Source: Octopus sinensis (Eukaryota). Taken from it: a stretch of DNA of 64,000 nucleotides. The notes below the pieces were generated by a model. It was not told the origin of the DNA. It saw nothing but the letters and a program-made list of their open reading frames with translations, and ran no database searches. The position numbers and the translations under genes are program-made. Shown here piece after piece: positions 59,893 to 64,000 of the stretch (position 1 is the first letter of the stretch; each line of letters opens with the position of its first letter). Location of the stretch: NCBI RefSeq assembly GCF_006345805.1, contig NC_043012.1:42904001-42968000 (forward strand), read 5' to 3'.

Positions 59893-62800
59893 CATGGCTG
59901 CTAGTTTTCGCGGTGCACCCGCCCTCCCAACCCCTCCACCTTTACCGGAAGTCCCACTTTTGTCATCCTTGGTTGTCTCTCATGAACACTTCAAAAGGCT
60001 TACGCCACCCCCACCCCCTTCTATATAAGGTAGTGATCATACAGTGCAAAATATGATAGTGTAGTGTATGCGGTTTGAACTTAAGTCTATTGTTTGTCTA
60101 TGAATCCTGCCAAATGTGAGTTTTCTTTTCAGGTACATGAAGCTACTGTCCCCCGTCCGAAGGTCCTAGGGCCCATACCTCCCACACCCTCAGGGTTGGC
60201 TCACTGAAAGGTAGGTCTGGCGAGATTGTTGAGATGCTTGAACGGAGATGTGTCGATATGTGTTGCATCCAAGAAGTGAGGTGGAGAGGAGGTTCTGCTA
60301 GGTTCCTCACAGGCAAAGAACACAGGTACAAGATTTTCTGGGCTGGGAACACTGACGGGGTCGAGGGCGTGGGTATACTTCTTGCTGAAATATGGTTAGA
60401 TAAGGTAATCAAGGTATGCAACAGAATACTTAAGATTAGATTAGTGCTTCATCATGGATTAGCAACCATTATATTGGCCTATGCCCCTCAGCCAGAAAGA
60501 CCGATTCTATGACACCCTACTGCAGACTACCTTGTTGACGAACGACAGGGACCTTCTCTTTGTGGCTGGTGACTTCAATGGACAACATGCTGGGGGCTTC
60601 CATGGAGGCTATGGTTATGGTTCCTGCAATGAGGAGGGAACCAGGCTGCTGGAGTTCTGCGATGCGAACGATCTTATGGTTTGCAAAACTAACTTCAGGA
60701 AACCTACCAGCCTACCGTACCGATCGGGCCGACATACTAGCCAAATTGACTACATCCTTGCCAGAAAAAGGAAAAGATGGCTGCTTATAAATGCCAAAAC
60801 CTTCCCAGGCGAAGAATGTACTCCACAACAGTGACTTTAGGATCAGGACTAAGAGGACGACCAGAAGACTACCAACATGGAGAAGAAGGATCAGGAAGCT
60901 TAAAGATCCTGTGAATGGACAGAGACTTAGGGACATATTACTTGAAGGGGTTATAGCTTCACATGGGGTAGAAGACAACTGGAGGTTTCTAAGGGACAAC
61001 CTGCTGAGAGCAACTGACCAGATCTGTGGTTGGTGCAAAGTGCCCTCTCGACCCAAAATAATGTTGTAGACAGGGCTATTAGAGAAAAGAAACAGGCTTG
61101 GAAAGACTGGAAAAATGGTGGTAGCAGGGGATTGTATCAGACTGCCAGAAGGGAAGCTTGGAGGCAGGTGTATTTAGCCAGAGGAGAAGCAGATTAGAAA
61201 AAATTTGCCAATGTTCTGCGCCACGAGGACGAAAAGCTTGAGGTATTTTGTGTTGCAAGACAGTGTATGAGAAAGAATCGTGATGTTGTAGGAGAGAAAT
61301 GTGTTCGCATGGATGATGGCTCACTTGCGCTGAATGAGGATGCAAAGAGAGAGGTTTGGAGACGCCGCTATGAAAGGTTGCTGAATAAAGAGAGTCTGCC
61401 GAATGTCGACCCAACAGAGGGACCAGCTATCCGAGTTGACAGTTCCTTGGTAGTCAAGGCAATTAGAAACATGAAGACAGGGAAAGCCCCAGGACCATCA
61501 GGAATTACTGCAGAGATGCTCAATATATCTGGCAGTGTCAGCTATAGCTTAGTCACCCATATAGTTAACCAGGTGATACCCAATGACTGGTGTAGCAGCA
61601 TAATAGTCAATTGCTACAAAGGTAAAGATGACACTTTAGATACAAATAATTACAGAGGTATCAAGCTGTTGGATCAGGTAATGAAGGTTATAGAGAGGGT
61701 CATAGCCCAACTGATTAGGGAGAGAGTCAACTTGGATGAGATGCAGTTTGGTTTCGTGCCAGGGAAAAGCACCACTGATGCCATATTTCTGGCAAGACAG
61801 CTGCAGGAGAAATACCTAGCCAAAGATAAGCCCCTGTACCTGGCTTTCATTGACATGGAGAAAGCCTTTGACAGGGTCCCCCGATCCCTTACCTGGTGGT
61901 CAATGAGGAAACTAGGGATAGATGAATGGTTAGTGAGATCTGTGCAAGCCATGTACAGGGACGCTGTAAGAATGGTAGGGGTTGGCAACGAGTTCAATGA
62001 AGAATTCAAGGTGGAGGTTGGGGTCCAGTCCTCAGCCCCTCCAATTTATCATAGTCCTCCAGGCAATAACGGAGGAATTCCAGACAGGATGCCCCTGGGA
62101 GCTCCTCTATGCTGATGACCTTGCTCTAATTGCGGAGTCACTATCAGAACAAGAGAAGTTTCAAGTGTGGAAACAAGGATTAGAATCAACCAAGCTAAAA
62201 CCAAAGTCCTAATAAGTAGGAAGGCAGGTATACTACAAATCCCTTCAGGTAGATGGCCCTGCTCGATCTGTAGTAGAGGCGTAGGTAGAAACTCCATAAG
62301 ATGTACCAAGTGTAAGCTATGGACACATAAGAGGTGCAGTAATATCAAGGGAAGGCTAACTGGGAAGATAGTTTTTGTATGTAGCAGATGCCCGGGAGCG
62401 ATAAACACTGAAAATGCGCAGAGACCAACTTCCAGGGAGAAAAACTAGAAGTAGTTGATAGCTTCCGTGACCTAGTTAGTAGTGAGGGAGGGTGTGCTGA
62501 AAGTGTAGCTGCTAGAATAAGAATAGCTTGAGCAAAGTTCAGAGAGCTCCTACTTCTGCAGATGACAAAGGGCCTCTCGCTCAGAGTAGAAGGTAGACTG
62601 TATGATGCATGTGTAGAAACAGCCATGCTACATGGCAGTGAAACATGGGCTGTGACTGCTGAGGATATGCGTAAGCTCGCAAGGAATTAAGCCAGTATGA
62701 GCCGATGGATGGGTAATGTCAGTGTGCATACTCAACAGAGTGTAAGTACCTCGAGAGAAAAGTTGGACCTAAGAAGCATTAGATATGGTGTGCAAGAGAG

Positions 62801-62922
62801 ACAACTGCGTTGGTATGGTGATGTGGTGAGAATGGATGAGGATAGCTGTGTGAAAAAGTACCACACCCTAGCCGTTGAGGGAACCTGTGGTAGAGGTAGA
62901 CCCAGGAAGATCTGTGATGAAG
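59893..62922 (+). mobile_element. RTE LINE from 5' leader to near the ORF end (no 3' UTR), inactivated
   Basis: Collinear with the 35-38.9 kb copy. ORF pieces 60234-60512, 60481-60834, 61267-62115 and 62167-62448. Confidence 0.95.
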
Positions 62923-63299
62923 TCTACCAAGTAGGTAATCAGTCATCCAGTTAGCACCACTCCTGTAATTGTTGTAAATCCAGATTTATAAGTGGTGTAC
63001 CATCTGTATCCACATGTAGATAGAAAAATAACTTGCCTCTTGTATAGTTTATGTGTATCTTTATGTAATCGTTTTGTTACGTTTGTATCTAAAATGTTGT
63101 GAATAAAAATGTAAAATGCTGCCTGCAATGAATTAATATTGTTCATTATTAAACATTAAAATCTACTCCACAGTGAATGCAATACATTTTTAAAATTGTG
63201 AGAATTTGGAAATTTCTTAGAATATAAATTTATAAAAATATTTCCAGACGGCCAACCTTCTAATATTGCTTTCTTTTAGTAACTGTTATATACCCAAGT

Positions 63300-64000
63300 C
63301 AGTGGTTCCCAAACTTTTTAGAGTCGTGACCCACTATTTATCACACCAGTTTATGACGACCCACTTAACTCTAACGAGTAAAAACATTAATGAAATTAAC
63401 AAATTTATTCCAGATTACATCTTCAGTGAGAAGGATGAGCCTGTTTCTTGCTACGCTCAATAATAGAATTAACATCAGGTTCAATGCGTGATAGTTTCAG
63501 GCGTAAAGAATTTGAGAGTTGCAGTTTATTTCGATATTTGCTTTTAATCCCAACCATTGCTGAAAATCCAGCTTCATAAATATAAGATGACGTGAAAAGG
63601 AGAAGTACATTTAATGCTTCGGTGGAAATGATTGGGTACAAGGTTTGAAGAGACGCCCAGAACTGTACCAATCTTCGGGTGATATTCCAGTCGTCACGTC
63701 AGGCTGAAAGGGGGTTCATAATCCATCTTTTCTGTGGCATAGTATTCATCACTTTATGAAAATAAAATTCAAAACTTTCATTTAACTTACCTCGAATTTT
63801 CTCATGAATTGCAAATATACTGATACCTTCTGTTCCTTGTAAATACAAATTCAGGTCGTTTAATTTCGAAAAAATATCTGCCAAATACATAACCCTCAGA
63901 ACAAATATTTCACAAAATTGCTTTTATCTTCTAAAAATATAGCTACTTCTTCGCGGAGTTCTGCAAGTCTTGTTAACACTTTTCCCCTAGAGAGCCATCG
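63300..64000 (-). mobile_element. hAT (Charlie/Buster-like) transposon 3' part, runs off the window
   Basis: CAGTGGTTCCCAAAC terminus. YLADIFSKLNDLNLYLQG and LLLFTSSYIYEAGFSAM..IKSKYRNKL dimerisation-domain motifs. Confidence 0.9.

Overview
AT-rich eukaryotic (animal) genomic DNA, dense in (TA)n/(CA)n/(ATC)n microsatellites, SINEs, LINEs and DNA transposons. The repeat content points to an octopus/cephalopod genome (inference, not verified). There are no prokaryotic features, and most long ORFs in the supplied track are microsatellite or transposon artefacts. The one host gene I can support is a Myb-family transcription factor on the + strand. Eleven GT-AG exons (19817-55414) splice in matching phase into about 486 C-terminal residues containing the Myb motifs STPPTILRR, TPIKNLPFSPSQFLN, PRTPTPFKNALAE and ACGKTKDQIEMTELAR. 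I found no DNA-binding-repeat exons in the window. Repeats include a Penelope-like element with hammerhead ribozyme motifs and many RTE-clade LINE copies whose RT carries an embedded C4HC3 (PHD-type) finger. There are also Tigger, IR/DR Tc1, hAT and Helitron elements, and a nested mariner > piggyBac(-) > piggyBac(+) structure that forms a ~1 kb fold-back just upstream of the first visible Myb exon. Most worth a second look: the variant-core hammerheads, the nested fold-back and the branch point it may supply, the PHD finger inside the RT, inverted LINE pairs around the conserved Myb exons, a candidate poison exon with a duplicated acceptor, and a 30-nt microexon. Boundaries of decayed repeats are approximate; exon, TIR and ribozyme coordinates were counted by hand.
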